A DNA stretch of 64,000 nucleotides from Lachnospiraceae bacterium (GTDB lineage Bacteria > Bacillota > Clostridia > Lachnospirales > Lachnospiraceae), in the NCBI GenBank assembly GCA_045114695.1, contig JBGUKX010000017.1, positions 65,201 to 129,200 on the forward strand, written 5' to 3'. The translations under genes were made by a program, and so were the position numbers. A model generated the notes under the pieces. That model was not told the origin of the DNA. It made no database searches and saw nothing but the letters and a program-made list of their open reading frames with translations. Shown piece after piece: positions 47,431-56,923 of this stretch (the stretch's first letter is position 1; each line of letters opens with the position of its first letter).

Positions 47431-47912
47431 TAATGGACAAAAGCGGACCTCCAAGGCAAAATGCCCGGTAGAAAAGACCGCTTTCGGAAGACGAATGAGA
47501 TGATTAAACGTGAATTGGAGTATTACCTGAAGGTTTATGATGAAGATGTTTCGTCAAACTCGATCCGTGTCATGAATAACCGTTACGATTTAACTCACAA
47601 CTTTGAAAACATCGTATACAACGAAAGGTCAACTCACCCTGACATATAGAACTGCCGCGGGATACCGCCTCTTTTTCCCGGTGATAGACTGTCTGGTCAA
47701 CAACTCCTATTATTGCCGCGAATTCCTTTCGCTTTGTCGATGCAGGTATGCATCGGAACAAAGCAGTCCGGCATCTGCGCGTTGGCGGCGTACACGGTGT
47801 CCTCCGTGATCCCGGCAGGCGTCACGGATCTGAGTTTTTCTTCCATGGCCCTCCGCGACTCGGCGAGGCGCCGGTCCCGTACCCCGTGAATGTGGTATCC
47901 GCCTGTAGTTTT

Positions 47913-47940
47913 AATATATTTATTACATCCTGGCTGTCAA
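47913..47940 (-). promoter_or_regulatory. Sigma-A-like promoter pointing left into the islet
   Basis: TTGACA (47940-47935)-N16-TATATT (47918-47913). Confidence 0.5.
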
Positions 47941-48083
47941 CTCTTTATTTACATCTTTTGACACCGCGGCGAGGCGGAATGCGAATGCCCGCTTTACCCG
48001 CACTCCCCCGCTGTGTTAAACTGGGAAAAACGGCCGTTCCGCCTCCGGCGGTCCGGTTCTCATTATTTTAAGGAGTAAACTGT

Positions 48084-49103
48084 ATGCCCGGAAAACGAAT
48101 CAGATGGGGCCTTCTCGGGGCGGGCGCGATCCTGAACCGCTGGATGAAGGGAGCCGTCCAGGTCGGAAACATGGAGATCGCGGCGGTCTCCTCGAGGACG
48201 CCGGAAACCGCCGAAAAAATGCGCGCGAAATTCGGAATCCCGGAGGCGCTGAGCTACGACGAGCTGCTGGAAAGGGATGACATCGACGTGGTCTACGTCG
48301 CCGTTCCCCACACCGCCCACAAGGAGCTGGCGATCCGCGCGATGCGGGCGGGAAAGGCCGTGCTGGTGGAGAAGCCCGCCGCGGTGACCGCCGCGGACTG
48401 GGAGGAAATGACCGCCTGCGCGAAGGAGTGCGGCGTGTTCCTCATGGAAGCGGTGTGGACGAGGTTCTTCCCGCTGATCGCCGAGATCCGCAAGATCATC
48501 GAGGCCGGCGAGATCGGCAGCGTGAGGGCGGTGCAGTCCGCCTTTTCCTTCCGCACCATGCCGGGAACGGGAGATTCCCGTCTGCTGGATCCCGCGCGGG
48601 CGGGAGGCGGCCTGCTGGACACGGGCGTCTACAACCTGCATTTCGCCGACATCGTCTACGGAAAGGCGCCCCAAAAGCTCACGGGGCTGGCCTCCTTCGA
48701 CACGGACGAGCTTCACCTGAAGATCGACGAGCAGGCCGCCTACGTCGCGCAGTACGACCGGGGCGAGCTGGCGGTGATGGCCAGCGGCGTGCGCACGGAC
48801 ATGGACGACACGGCCTATATCTACGGGACGGAGGGACAGATCGTGGTGCCGGTCTTCTGGAAGCCCGTGACGGCCCGCGTCACGACGGCCTCCGGCACCA
48901 GGACGATCGAGTGTCCCGTCCCCCAGTGCGTGGAGGGCGTTGAGGACGAAGGCTATCAGTTCGAGATCGCCTACGTCAACGTCTGCCTCCGGGAGGGCGT
49001 CACCGAATCCCCCGTCGTGCCCTGGCACAAGACGGCGGAGGTCCTCGCCTGCTGCGACGAACTCAGGAAAAGCTGGAACTATCGATACCCGTTTGAGGTG
49101 TGA
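48084..49103 (+). CDS. Gfo/Idh/MocA-family oxidoreductase
   Basis: WGLLGAGAI, VYVAVPH, VLVEKP, FLMEAVWTRF and GGGLLDTGVY motifs. Confidence 0.92.
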   Translation: MPGKRIRWGLLGAGAILNRWMKGAVQVGNMEIAAVSSRTPETAEKMRAKFGIPEALSYDELLERDDIDVVYVAVPHTAHKELAIRAMRAGKAVLVEKPAAVTAADWEEMTACAKECGVFLMEAVWTRFFPLIAEIRKIIEAGEIGSVRAVQSAFSFRTMPGTGDSRLLDPARAGGGLLDTGVYNLHFADIVYGKAPQKLTGLASFDTDELHLKIDEQAAYVAQYDRGELAVMASGVRTDMDDTAYIYGTEGQIVVPVFWKPVTARVTTASGTRTIECPVPQCVEGVEDEGYQFEIAYVNVCLREGVTESPVVPWHKTAEVLACCDELRKSWNYRYPFEV

Positions 49104-49142
49104 CGACGCGAAGCGCGTCAGCGGCACAGAAAAGAGACTGCC

Positions 49143-49901
49143 TTGGAAGAATTGGAAATCATCGATATCGTAAATGAATCCGGCCAGCCCACCGGCCGGA
49201 CCGTCAGCCGCGAGGCGGCCCACAGAAACGGAATCCGTCACCGCACAAGCCACGTATGGCTCGTCCGGACCAGAGACGGAAAGCTGCAGGTGCTCCTCCA
49301 GAAGCGCAGCGAGACGAAGGACTCCCACCCGGGGTGCTACGACATCTCCAGCGCCGGGCACATTCCGGCTGGGGCCGGCTTTGAGGAGTCCGCCGTGCGC
49401 GAGCTCTACGAGGAGCTCGGCGTCCGGGCCGGCGAGAAGGATCTGGTGCCCTGCGGCGTCCGGCGGATTGAGTACCGGGACGTCTTTCACGGGGAGCCCT
49501 TCCACGACTCCCAGATCAGCAGGGTCTTTCTCGTCTTCTGCGACGCGGACGAGGAGGACTTCCTCCTGCAGGAGAACGAGGTCTCGGAGGTCCGCTGGTT
49601 TGATTTTGACGAGTGCGTGGCGCTTGTGGAGAAAAACGCTTTTCCCCACTGCATCTTCACGGAGGAGCTCGAGATGGTGCGGGCTGCGGCGGAGAAATGT
49701 CTCCTGAGGGAGCGCCGCTTCTCCCTGATCGACCGGGCGGCCCGCGGCGACGTCGACGCCGCCGCCGAGCTGGGATGCGCGTATTTCGACGGATCCCTCG
49801 GAGAGGCGCCTAATCCGGAGAAGGGCGCGAAATGGTGCCGCTACGCGGCGAAGCGGGGGTCGCGGAAGGCGGCCGAAGCGCTCAAAAAAGCAGGACTCTG
49901 A
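49143..49901 (+). CDS. Nudix hydrolase (Idi/YfcD-like) with a C-terminal Sel1-like repeat
   Basis: HRTSHVW, LQKRS..KDSHPG.YD.SSAGH, AVRELYEELG; tail AAAELGCAYFDG...GAKWCRYAAKRG. Confidence 0.85.
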   Translation: MEELEIIDIVNESGQPTGRTVSREAAHRNGIRHRTSHVWLVRTRDGKLQVLLQKRSETKDSHPGCYDISSAGHIPAGAGFEESAVRELYEELGVRAGEKDLVPCGVRRIEYRDVFHGEPFHDSQISRVFLVFCDADEEDFLLQENEVSEVRWFDFDECVALVEKNAFPHCIFTEELEMVRAAAEKCLLRERRFSLIDRAARGDVDAAAELGCAYFDGSLGEAPNPEKGAKWCRYAAKRGSRKAAEALKKAGL

Positions 49902-50048
49902 GAGCCCTGCTTTTTTTCTGTGCCGTCTTTCAGCGCGCCGTTCTTTCCGTGCGCTGTTCTTCTTCCATGTGCTGTTCTTCCGCGCGCCGTTCTTCCATGC
50001 GCTGGTCTTCAAGGCGTCCGTTTCAGGCGCAGCGGAGTTCTCCGCGCG

Positions 50049-53000
50049 TCAGTTCTTCTCCTCCGCCTTGTATTTCCTGTACTTCTCTCTCGAGAGGCGC
50101 GCCCCCTCCTCAAAGAGAACCTTCGCGTTCTCCGGGAACGTGCGCCGGAGAGACGTGTACCGCACCTCGCCGTCCAGGAATTCCTCGTAGGCGGCCGTCG
50201 GCTCCTTTGAGTCCAGCGTGAACTTCTGTTCCGCGGCGGGGTTAAACCGGTAGAGGAACCAGTAGCCGGTGTCCACTGCCTTTTTCATCTCGTCCTGAAC
50301 CTTCGCGGCGCCGCACCTCAGACCGTGCTCCTGGCACGGGGCGTAGGCGATGATCACGCTCGGTCCCTTGTACGCCATGGCCTCTTTGACGGCCGTGATC
50401 AGCTGGTTGTAGTCGGCCCCCATCGCCACCTGGGCGACGTAGACGTTGCCGTAGGTCATCAGCATGCTGCCGAGATCCTTCTTCGGCTGCTTCTTTCCGG
50501 ACGCCGCGAACTGGGCGACCGCGCCCACCGGCGTGGCCTTGGAGGACTGGCCTCCCGTGTTGGAGTAGACCTCCGTGTCGACGATGAGGACGTTGACGTC
50601 CTCGCCGCTGGCCACCACGTGGTCCAGGCCGCCGAAGCCGATGTCATAGGCCCAGCCGTCGCCGCCGTACATCCAGAAGGTCTTTTTGGAGAGCTGGTCC
50701 CTGTAGCGCAGGATCGTCCTGGCTCCTTCGTCGTCCCGCTTCTCCAGAGCGGCCGCGAGGGCCTCGCCGGCGGGGGCGGAGGCATCGAAGTCGTCGTAGG
50801 ACGCCAGCCAGGCGTCGATCGCGGAGAGCGTCTCCGGATCCGTGCAGCTTGCCCGGTACTCCTCGACGCGGCTCTTCTGAGCCAGTCTCTGCTGGGAGAC
50901 GGACAGCACCATGCCGAGGCTGAACTCCGCGTTGTTTTCAAACAGGGAGTTGGACCACGCCGGCCCGTGTCCCTTCTGGTTCACCGTATAGGGGATTCCC
51001 GGCATCGCGGAGCCCCAGGCCTGGGAGCATCCCGTGGCGTTGGCCCAGTAAACGCGGTCGCCGAAGAGCTGGGTCAGCAGCTTGGCGTAGGGCGTCTCGC
51101 CGCAGCCGGCGCAGGCCGCCGAGAACTCAAGCAGCGGTCTCCGGAACTGGCTTCCCTTGACGGAATACGGATCGAAGATATCCTCCTTCTGCGGGAGTGA
51201 CAGGGCGTATTCCCAGGCGGCCGACGTGTCCGCGGCCTCTCCGGCGGGTACCATCGTGAGAGCCTTCTCCTTCGCGGGACACACGTTTGCGCAGCTTCCG
51301 CATCCCGTGCAGTCCGCCTCGCTCACCTGCAGCGTGTAGTACATGCCCTTCGCCTGGGCGCCTTTTGCGACGGCGGTCTTCATGCCCTCCGGCATGCCGG
51401 CCTTCTCCTCCTCCGTCAGGAGATAGGGACGGACCACCGCGTGGGGACATACGTAGCTGCAGCGGTTGCACTGGAGGCAGAGCGCCGGATTCCACACCGG
51501 CACCCGGGCCGCGATGCCTCTCTTCTCGTAGGCCGTGAGGCCCATGTCCATGACGCCGTCCTTGTACTTCATCAGGCGGCTGACCGGGAGGTCGTCGCCC
51601 TTCTGGGCGTTGATGGGCTCGAGAATCTCCGTGACGACGGCCGGGACGTCTCTGGCCGGCGCGGGGGCGTCCTCGGCGTCCGCCCAGGAGGCCGGCACCT
51701 CGACCCTGACCCAGGCGTCGGAGCCCGCGTCGATGGCGGCGAGGTTGCGGTTCACCACGTCCTCGCCCTTCGCGAAATACGTCTTCTCCGCGGCGGCCTT
51801 CATGTAGCGCACGGAGTCCTCCACCGGGATGACCGGCATGAGGTGGAAGAAGGCGGACTGCAGCACCATGTTGAAATGGCCTCCCAGCCCGAGCTTCCGG
51901 GCGATGCCCGCTCCGTCGATGGTATAGAGGCGGATCTTGCGGCGGGCGATCTCCCGCTTCGCCTTCGCGGGAAGGCGCCGCTCCAGCTCCCCCGCGTCCC
52001 ACGGGCAGTTGATCAGCAGCGTCCCACCCGGCTTGACCTCCGAGGCGATGTCGTATTTTTCGATGTAGGTCGCGTTGTGGCACGCGATGAAGTCGGCGGA
52101 TTTCACGTAGTAGGACGACCGGATCGGCCGGTCCCCGAACCTCAGGTGGCTCTTGGTGACGCCGTAGGACTTCTTGGCGTCGTACTCAAAGTACGCCTGG
52201 GCAAACTTGTCCGTGTGGGAGTTGATGATCTCCACCGTGTTCTTGTTGGCGCCGACGGTTCCGTCCGAGCCCAGTCCCCAGAACTTGCAGCTGACCAGTC
52301 CCTCGTCCTCCGGGCGGACCGTCTCCGTCTCCTTCAGCGACAGGTGGGTCACGTCGTCGTTGATGCCGATGGTAAAGCTGTTCAGAGGCGTTTCGGCGCG
52401 GAGATTCTCAAAGACCGCGGCGATCTGGGAGGGCGTGGTGTCCTTGGAGGACAGGCCGTAGCGGCCTCCGACGACCGTCAGGTCCGCCCGTCCGCGAAGG
52501 GCCGTGCAGACGTCCTGGCAGAGGGGCTCGCCGGCGCTTCCCATCTCCTTCGCGCGGTCGAGGACCGCGACGGCGCGGCAGGTCTCCGGGATGGCTTCGA
52601 TGAAGCGGCGGACGTCGAAGGGACGAAACAGATGGACCTGGACGAAGCCGGTCTTCTCTCCCCGGGCGTTCAGGAAATCCACGGTCTCCTTCACGCAGCC
52701 CGAGACCGAGCCCATGGCGACGATGACGCGGTCTGCGTCAGGCGCGCCGTAGTAGTTGAAAATGTGATAGTCCCGGCCGGTGACGGCGTTGATGCCCTTC
52801 ATGTACTCCTCGACGACGTCGGGGAGGGCGGCGTAGTCGCCGTTGCTGGCTTCCCGGATCTGGAAGAAGATGTCGGGATTCTGCACGGTCGCCCGGATCA
52901 TCGGATGCTCGGGGTTGAGCGCCTGGGCGCGGAACGCGTCGAGGGCGTCCCGGTCGAGGAGCGCGGCGAGATCCCGGTAATCCATCTGCTCCACCTTGTT

Positions 53001-53549
53001 CAGCTCGTGGGAGGTACGGAACCCATCGAAGAAGTGCAGGAAAGGAATCCTGGCCTTGATCGCCGACAGGTGCGCCACGCCGGCGAGGTCCATCACCTCC
53101 TGGACGTCGCCGCTGGAGAGCAGGGCGAAGCCGGTCTGGCGGCAGTTGTACACGTCGGAGTGGTCCCCGAAGATCGAAAGGGCGTGTCCGCCCACCGTCC
53201 GGCTCGCGACGTGAAGGACGCCCGGGAGACGCTCGCCCGCGATGCGGTGCATCGTGGGGATCATCAGCATGAGACCCTGGGAAGACGTGAAGCTCGACGC
53301 CAGGGCGCCTGTCTCGAGGGCGCCGTGCACCGCCGCGATCGCGCCGGCCTCCGACTGCATCTCCACGAGACGCACGCTCTGCCCGAAAAGGTTCTTTTTG
53401 CCCTTCGCGGCCCACACGTCGGTCTTTCCCGCCATCGGCGACGACGGCGTAATCGGATAGATCGCCGCGATCTCGGTAAACGCGTAGGCGATATAGGCCG
53501 CCGCCTCGTTGCCGTCGACGGTCACGTACTGTTTCTTTCTCTCAGACAT
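50049..53549 (-). CDS. nifJ: NifJ-type pyruvate/2-oxoacid:ferredoxin oxidoreductase
   Basis: YPITPSS, EMQSEAGA, GSDGTVGA, two CxxCxxCxxxCP, ACAGCGE, GGDGWAYDIG and NTGGQ motifs. Confidence 0.93.
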   Translation of the reverse strand: MSERKKQYVTVDGNEAAAYIAYAFTEIAAIYPITPSSPMAGKTDVWAAKGKKNLFGQSVRLVEMQSEAGAIAAVHGALETGALASSFTSSQGLMLMIPTMHRIAGERLPGVLHVASRTVGGHALSIFGDHSDVYNCRQTGFALLSSGDVQEVMDLAGVAHLSAIKARIPFLHFFDGFRTSHELNKVEQMDYRDLAALLDRDALDAFRAQALNPEHPMIRATVQNPDIFFQIREASNGDYAALPDVVEEYMKGINAVTGRDYHIFNYYGAPDADRVIVAMGSVSGCVKETVDFLNARGEKTGFVQVHLFRPFDVRRFIEAIPETCRAVAVLDRAKEMGSAGEPLCQDVCTALRGRADLTVVGGRYGLSSKDTTPSQIAAVFENLRAETPLNSFTIGINDDVTHLSLKETETVRPEDEGLVSCKFWGLGSDGTVGANKNTVEIINSHTDKFAQAYFEYDAKKSYGVTKSHLRFGDRPIRSSYYVKSADFIACHNATYIEKYDIASEVKPGGTLLINCPWDAGELERRLPAKAKREIARRKIRLYTIDGAGIARKLGLGGHFNMVLQSAFFHLMPVIPVEDSVRYMKAAAEKTYFAKGEDVVNRNLAAIDAGSDAWVRVEVPASWADAEDAPAPARDVPAVVTEILEPINAQKGDDLPVSRLMKYKDGVMDMGLTAYEKRGIAARVPVWNPALCLQCNRCSYVCPHAVVRPYLLTEEEKAGMPEGMKTAVAKGAQAKGMYYTLQVSEADCTGCGSCANVCPAKEKALTMVPAGEAADTSAAWEYALSLPQKEDIFDPYSVKGSQFRRPLLEFSAACAGCGETPYAKLLTQLFGDRVYWANATGCSQAWGSAMPGIPYTVNQKGHGPAWSNSLFENNAEFSLGMVLSVSQQRLAQKSRVEEYRASCTDPETLSAIDAWLASYDDFDASAPAGEALAAALEKRDDEGARTILRYRDQLSKKTFWMYGGDGWAYDIGFGGLDHVVASGEDVNVLIVDTEVYSNTGGQSSKATPVGAVAQFAASGKKQPKKDLGSMLMTYGNVYVAQVAMGADYNQLITAVKEAMAYKGPSVIIAYAPCQEHGLRCGAAKVQDEMKKAVDTGYWFLYRFNPAAEQKFTLDSKEPTAAYEEFLDGEVRYTSLRRTFPENAKVLFEEGARLSREKYRKYKAEEKN

Positions 53550-53572
53550 GATAGCAGTTCCTCCCGATCCCT

Positions 53573-54385
53573 TTATTCCGTTTCAATATGATAGAGTCCG
53601 GCGCAGTTCTTCTCGAAAATCCGCCCGTACTCCTCTTCGGTAAAATTCATCTCTTCCATGAACGCCAGGTCGTCTTCCTGGAACCACATGGGATAGTCCG
53701 TCCCGAACATGACCCGCCGGGTTCCGAAGGCCCGGATGATTTCCTCCGCCCTCTCCTTCGTCAGCCACGGAAAGGACGACGAGGTGTCGACCATGATATT
53801 GGGGAAGTCCGGAAGTAGCCGGACCGCCCGGTCCCACACGCTCCAGCCTCCCAGATGCGCCCCGACGAACTTCAGGCGGGGAAACGTCCTGAGGACGTTT
53901 GCGATCCGCTCCGGATTGGAATAATCATACCTGAAATCCCCGGTGTGCACCAGTACCGGCAGGTCGTTCCTTTCGCAGAGCTCATAGATCCGGAAGGCCT
54001 CCTCGCTGTCGGCGCGGAATCTCTGGAAATCCGGGTGGAGCTTCACTCCCTTAAGCCCGAGCCGCATCAGTTCGGCGAGATCCTCCTCCGGATGCGCGGA
54101 TGCAGGATGCATCGCGCCAAGTCCCGTGAAGGCGCCTCCGGACTGTCTCACGGCGTCCGCCAGAAAAGTGTTGATGCTGTGGACCTGCTCCGGCTTCGTG
54201 GCCACCGAATGGACCACGAAATGCGATATTCCGGCCTTTTCCCCGGATTTCCGCAGGCTGTCCGCCGTCCCGTCGTGATGGCACGAGGCCGGCAGTCCGT
54301 CGTAAAACCGGTCCACCGAGGCCACCGCCTTCTCCGCGATGGCCCGTGGGTAGATGTGACAGTGGCTGTCGATGATTCTCTTCAT
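53573..54385 (-). CDS. Amidohydrolase_2-family metallo-hydrolase/decarboxylase
   Basis: IDSHCH, GVKLHP, VHTG, AHLGG and FGTDYP motifs. Confidence 0.88.
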   Translation of the reverse strand: MKRIIDSHCHIYPRAIAEKAVASVDRFYDGLPASCHHDGTADSLRKSGEKAGISHFVVHSVATKPEQVHSINTFLADAVRQSGGAFTGLGAMHPASAHPEEDLAELMRLGLKGVKLHPDFQRFRADSEEAFRIYELCERNDLPVLVHTGDFRYDYSNPERIANVLRTFPRLKFVGAHLGGWSVWDRAVRLLPDFPNIMVDTSSSFPWLTKERAEEIIRAFGTRRVMFGTDYPMWFQEDDLAFMEEMNFTEEEYGRIFEKNCAGLYHIETE

Positions 54386-54424
54386 GCTTCCGCCTGTATT
54401 CCCGCGCTCCCGAAGGACCGTATC

Positions 54425-56923
54425 TTACGCGGTTTCGATGCTGGCGGCCTTTTCCAGCCCGAGCTTCTTCACCGCTTCCTCTCTCATCTTGTACTTCTGG
54501 ATCTTTCCCGCGTCGTTCATCGGGAAATGGTCGACGAAATCGATATACTTGGGGACCTTGTGCTTGGCCATGTGGTCCATCACGAACTTCTTCATCTCCT
54601 CGACCGTCATGGTCTCGCCCTCCTTCAGGATGATGCAGGCCATGATCTCCTCGCCCATCGCCTGGTCGGGAACGCCGATGACCTGCACGTCGCTGACCTT
54701 CGGGTGGGTGTAGATGAACTCCTCGATCTCCTTGGGGTAGATGTTCTCGCCGCCGCGGATGATCATGTCCTTGAGGCGCCCGGTGATGCGGTAATTGCCC
54801 TCGGGCGTCCGGCAGGCGAGGTCCCCGGTGTGGAGCCATCCGTCCCTGTCGATGGCGGAGGCCGTGGCCTTCGGCATCTTGTAGTAGCCCTTCATGATGT
54901 TGTAGCCGCGGGCGACGAACTCGCCGATCACCTCATCCGGGCAGTCCTCGCCGGTCTCGGGATCCACAATCTTGCATTCCACCTCGGGGAACGCGCTGCC
55001 GACGGTGGAGACACGGACCTCCAGGGAATCCGTCGTCCGGCTCATGGTGCAGCCGGGGGAAGCTTCCGTCTGTCCGTAGACGATGACGATCTCCGGCATG
55101 TGCATCTTTTCGACGACGTCCTTCATCACCGCGATCGGGCAGGGGCTTCCCGCCATGATACCGGTCCTCATGTGGCTGAAATCCGTCTTCGGGAAATCCG
55201 GGTGGGACAGCATCGCGATGAACATGGTCGGAACGCCGTGGAAGGCGGTGATGTGCTCGTTGTGAATGCACGAAAGCGACGACTTCGGCGAGAAATACGG
55301 AATCGGCAGGATCGTGCCCCCGTGGGTCATGGTCGCGGTCATCGCCAGGACCATGCCGAAGCAGTGGAACATCGGCACCTGGATCATCATGCGGTCCTCC
55401 GTGGACAGATCCATGCCGTCGCCGATGCTCTTGCCGTCGTTCACCACGTTGTAGTGGGTCAGCATGACGCCCTTGGGGAAGCCCGTGGTGCCGGAGGTGT
55501 ACTGCATGTTGCAGACGTCGTTGACGCTCACCGCGGCGGCCATCCTGCGGATCTCCTCCACCGGCGTTCTGGACGCGTATTCCAGGGACTCCTCCCAGGT
55601 CAGCGCCCCCGGCATGCGGAAGCCCACGGTGATGACGTTTCTCAGGAACGGCAGGCGGCGGCTGTGAAGGGGCCGGCCCGGCCTGTTGTCGCGCAGCTCC
55701 GGGCAGAGCTCGTCGATGATCTTTTTGTAGTTGGAATCCCGGTAGCCCTCGATCATGACCAGCGTGTGGGTGTCGGACTGGCGGAGCAGGTACTCCGCCT
55801 CGTGGATCTTGTACGCCGTGTTCATGGTCACGAGGATCGCGCCGATCTTGGTGGCGGCCCAGAAGGTCAGGAACCACTGGGGGACGTTGGTCGCCCAGAT
55901 CGTCACCTTGGAGCCTGCCCTGACGCCCAGGGACACCAGCGTCCGAGCGAATTCGTCCACGTCGTCGCGGAACTCGGCGTAGGTCCTGGTGTAATCCAGC
56001 GTCGTGAAGCGGATCGCGGTCTGATCCGGAAACTCCTCCACCATCGTGTCCAGCACCTGGGGGAAGGTCTTGTCGATCAGCGTGCCCTTCTTCCAGACGT
56101 AGCGCCCCACGTGACGGCCGCTCCAGTACAGGTGCTTCTTTCCCCTCCGGGTATCCCCGTAGGGCTTCATGGCGTTCTCGAAGTGCGTCAGGATGATCTC
56201 GATGTCCTCGAGGCCCTCCGCCCAGGAGGGATCCCACTCGAGGGAGACGAAGCCGTCGTAGTTGACGGACCGCAGGGCGTTCATCAGGTCCGGTATCGGG
56301 AGGCTTCCCTCGCCGATGAGCTCCGGCGCGATCGCCCCGTCCTCCTTCCGGAAGTCGTGGATGTGGACGTGGCGGACGTAGGCGCCGAGATTGGAGATGG
56401 TGGTCTCCGCATCCTCGCCGGCCAGGACCGAGGTGGTGTACATGTCCCAGACCGCCGCGAGGCGGTCGTCCGAGAAGCGGTTCAGAAGGTCCCGCAGACG
56501 TCCCGTTTCCCCCAGCGCGCCGGCGGTCTCCACCAGGATCGTAACCGGCGTGTCCTCGACGGTCCCGAGCAGACGGCCGAGGGCCGCCCCGCAGACGTCC
56601 TGATCCGTCTCTTCCGTGTGGATGGCGATATAGTCCGACCCGAGATTGACGGCCGCCTCCAGGCACTCGGAAAATTCGTCCGGGAACGCCGGATCCGTGA
56701 AATCCCTGACCGTCCCGATGCACGGGATCGAAAGCCCCCTGCCGATCAGGTCCCTCCTCACGGAAGCCGAGCGGTCCGGGTTGACGGGGCTCGTCTTCCC
56801 CTGAAATACCGGTCCCCTGATATCAAAAAGCTCGATGCCCTGCATGCGCGTGCAGACGGCGACGTCGCAGAATTCTTCCCAGGTCTGCTGATTCCAGTTC
56901 TGCATTGAAAATGAAAGCTTCAA
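54425..56923 (-). CDS. Fusion of a xylose-isomerase-like TIM barrel (AP_endonuc_2) and an AMP-forming acyl-CoA synthetase
   Basis: N-terminal VET...WD...HVHIHD...SLEW; C-terminal QYTSGTTGFPKG, YGQTE, TGDL, RGGENIYP and GKIQK motifs. Start set at TTG 56923 behind GGAGG. Confidence 0.9.
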   Translation of the reverse strand: MKLSFSMQNWNQQTWEEFCDVAVCTRMQGIELFDIRGPVFQGKTSPVNPDRSASVRRDLIGRGLSIPCIGTVRDFTDPAFPDEFSECLEAAVNLGSDYIAIHTEETDQDVCGAALGRLLGTVEDTPVTILVETAGALGETGRLRDLLNRFSDDRLAAVWDMYTTSVLAGEDAETTISNLGAYVRHVHIHDFRKEDGAIAPELIGEGSLPIPDLMNALRSVNYDGFVSLEWDPSWAEGLEDIEIILTHFENAMKPYGDTRRGKKHLYWSGRHVGRYVWKKGTLIDKTFPQVLDTMVEEFPDQTAIRFTTLDYTRTYAEFRDDVDEFARTLVSLGVRAGSKVTIWATNVPQWFLTFWAATKIGAILVTMNTAYKIHEAEYLLRQSDTHTLVMIEGYRDSNYKKIIDELCPELRDNRPGRPLHSRRLPFLRNVITVGFRMPGALTWEESLEYASRTPVEEIRRMAAAVSVNDVCNMQYTSGTTGFPKGVMLTHYNVVNDGKSIGDGMDLSTEDRMMIQVPMFHCFGMVLAMTATMTHGGTILPIPYFSPKSSLSCIHNEHITAFHGVPTMFIAMLSHPDFPKTDFSHMRTGIMAGSPCPIAVMKDVVEKMHMPEIVIVYGQTEASPGCTMSRTTDSLEVRVSTVGSAFPEVECKIVDPETGEDCPDEVIGEFVARGYNIMKGYYKMPKATASAIDRDGWLHTGDLACRTPEGNYRITGRLKDMIIRGGENIYPKEIEEFIYTHPKVSDVQVIGVPDQAMGEEIMACIILKEGETMTVEEMKKFVMDHMAKHKVPKYIDFVDHFPMNDAGKIQKYKMREEAVKKLGLEKAASIETA

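Noticed and set aside
49920-50010. Degenerate repeats of about 15 bp (GCGCCGTTCTTCC-like) between Nudix and nifJ
   Set aside because: Short, heavily diverged low-complexity filler between convergent genes with no further structure.
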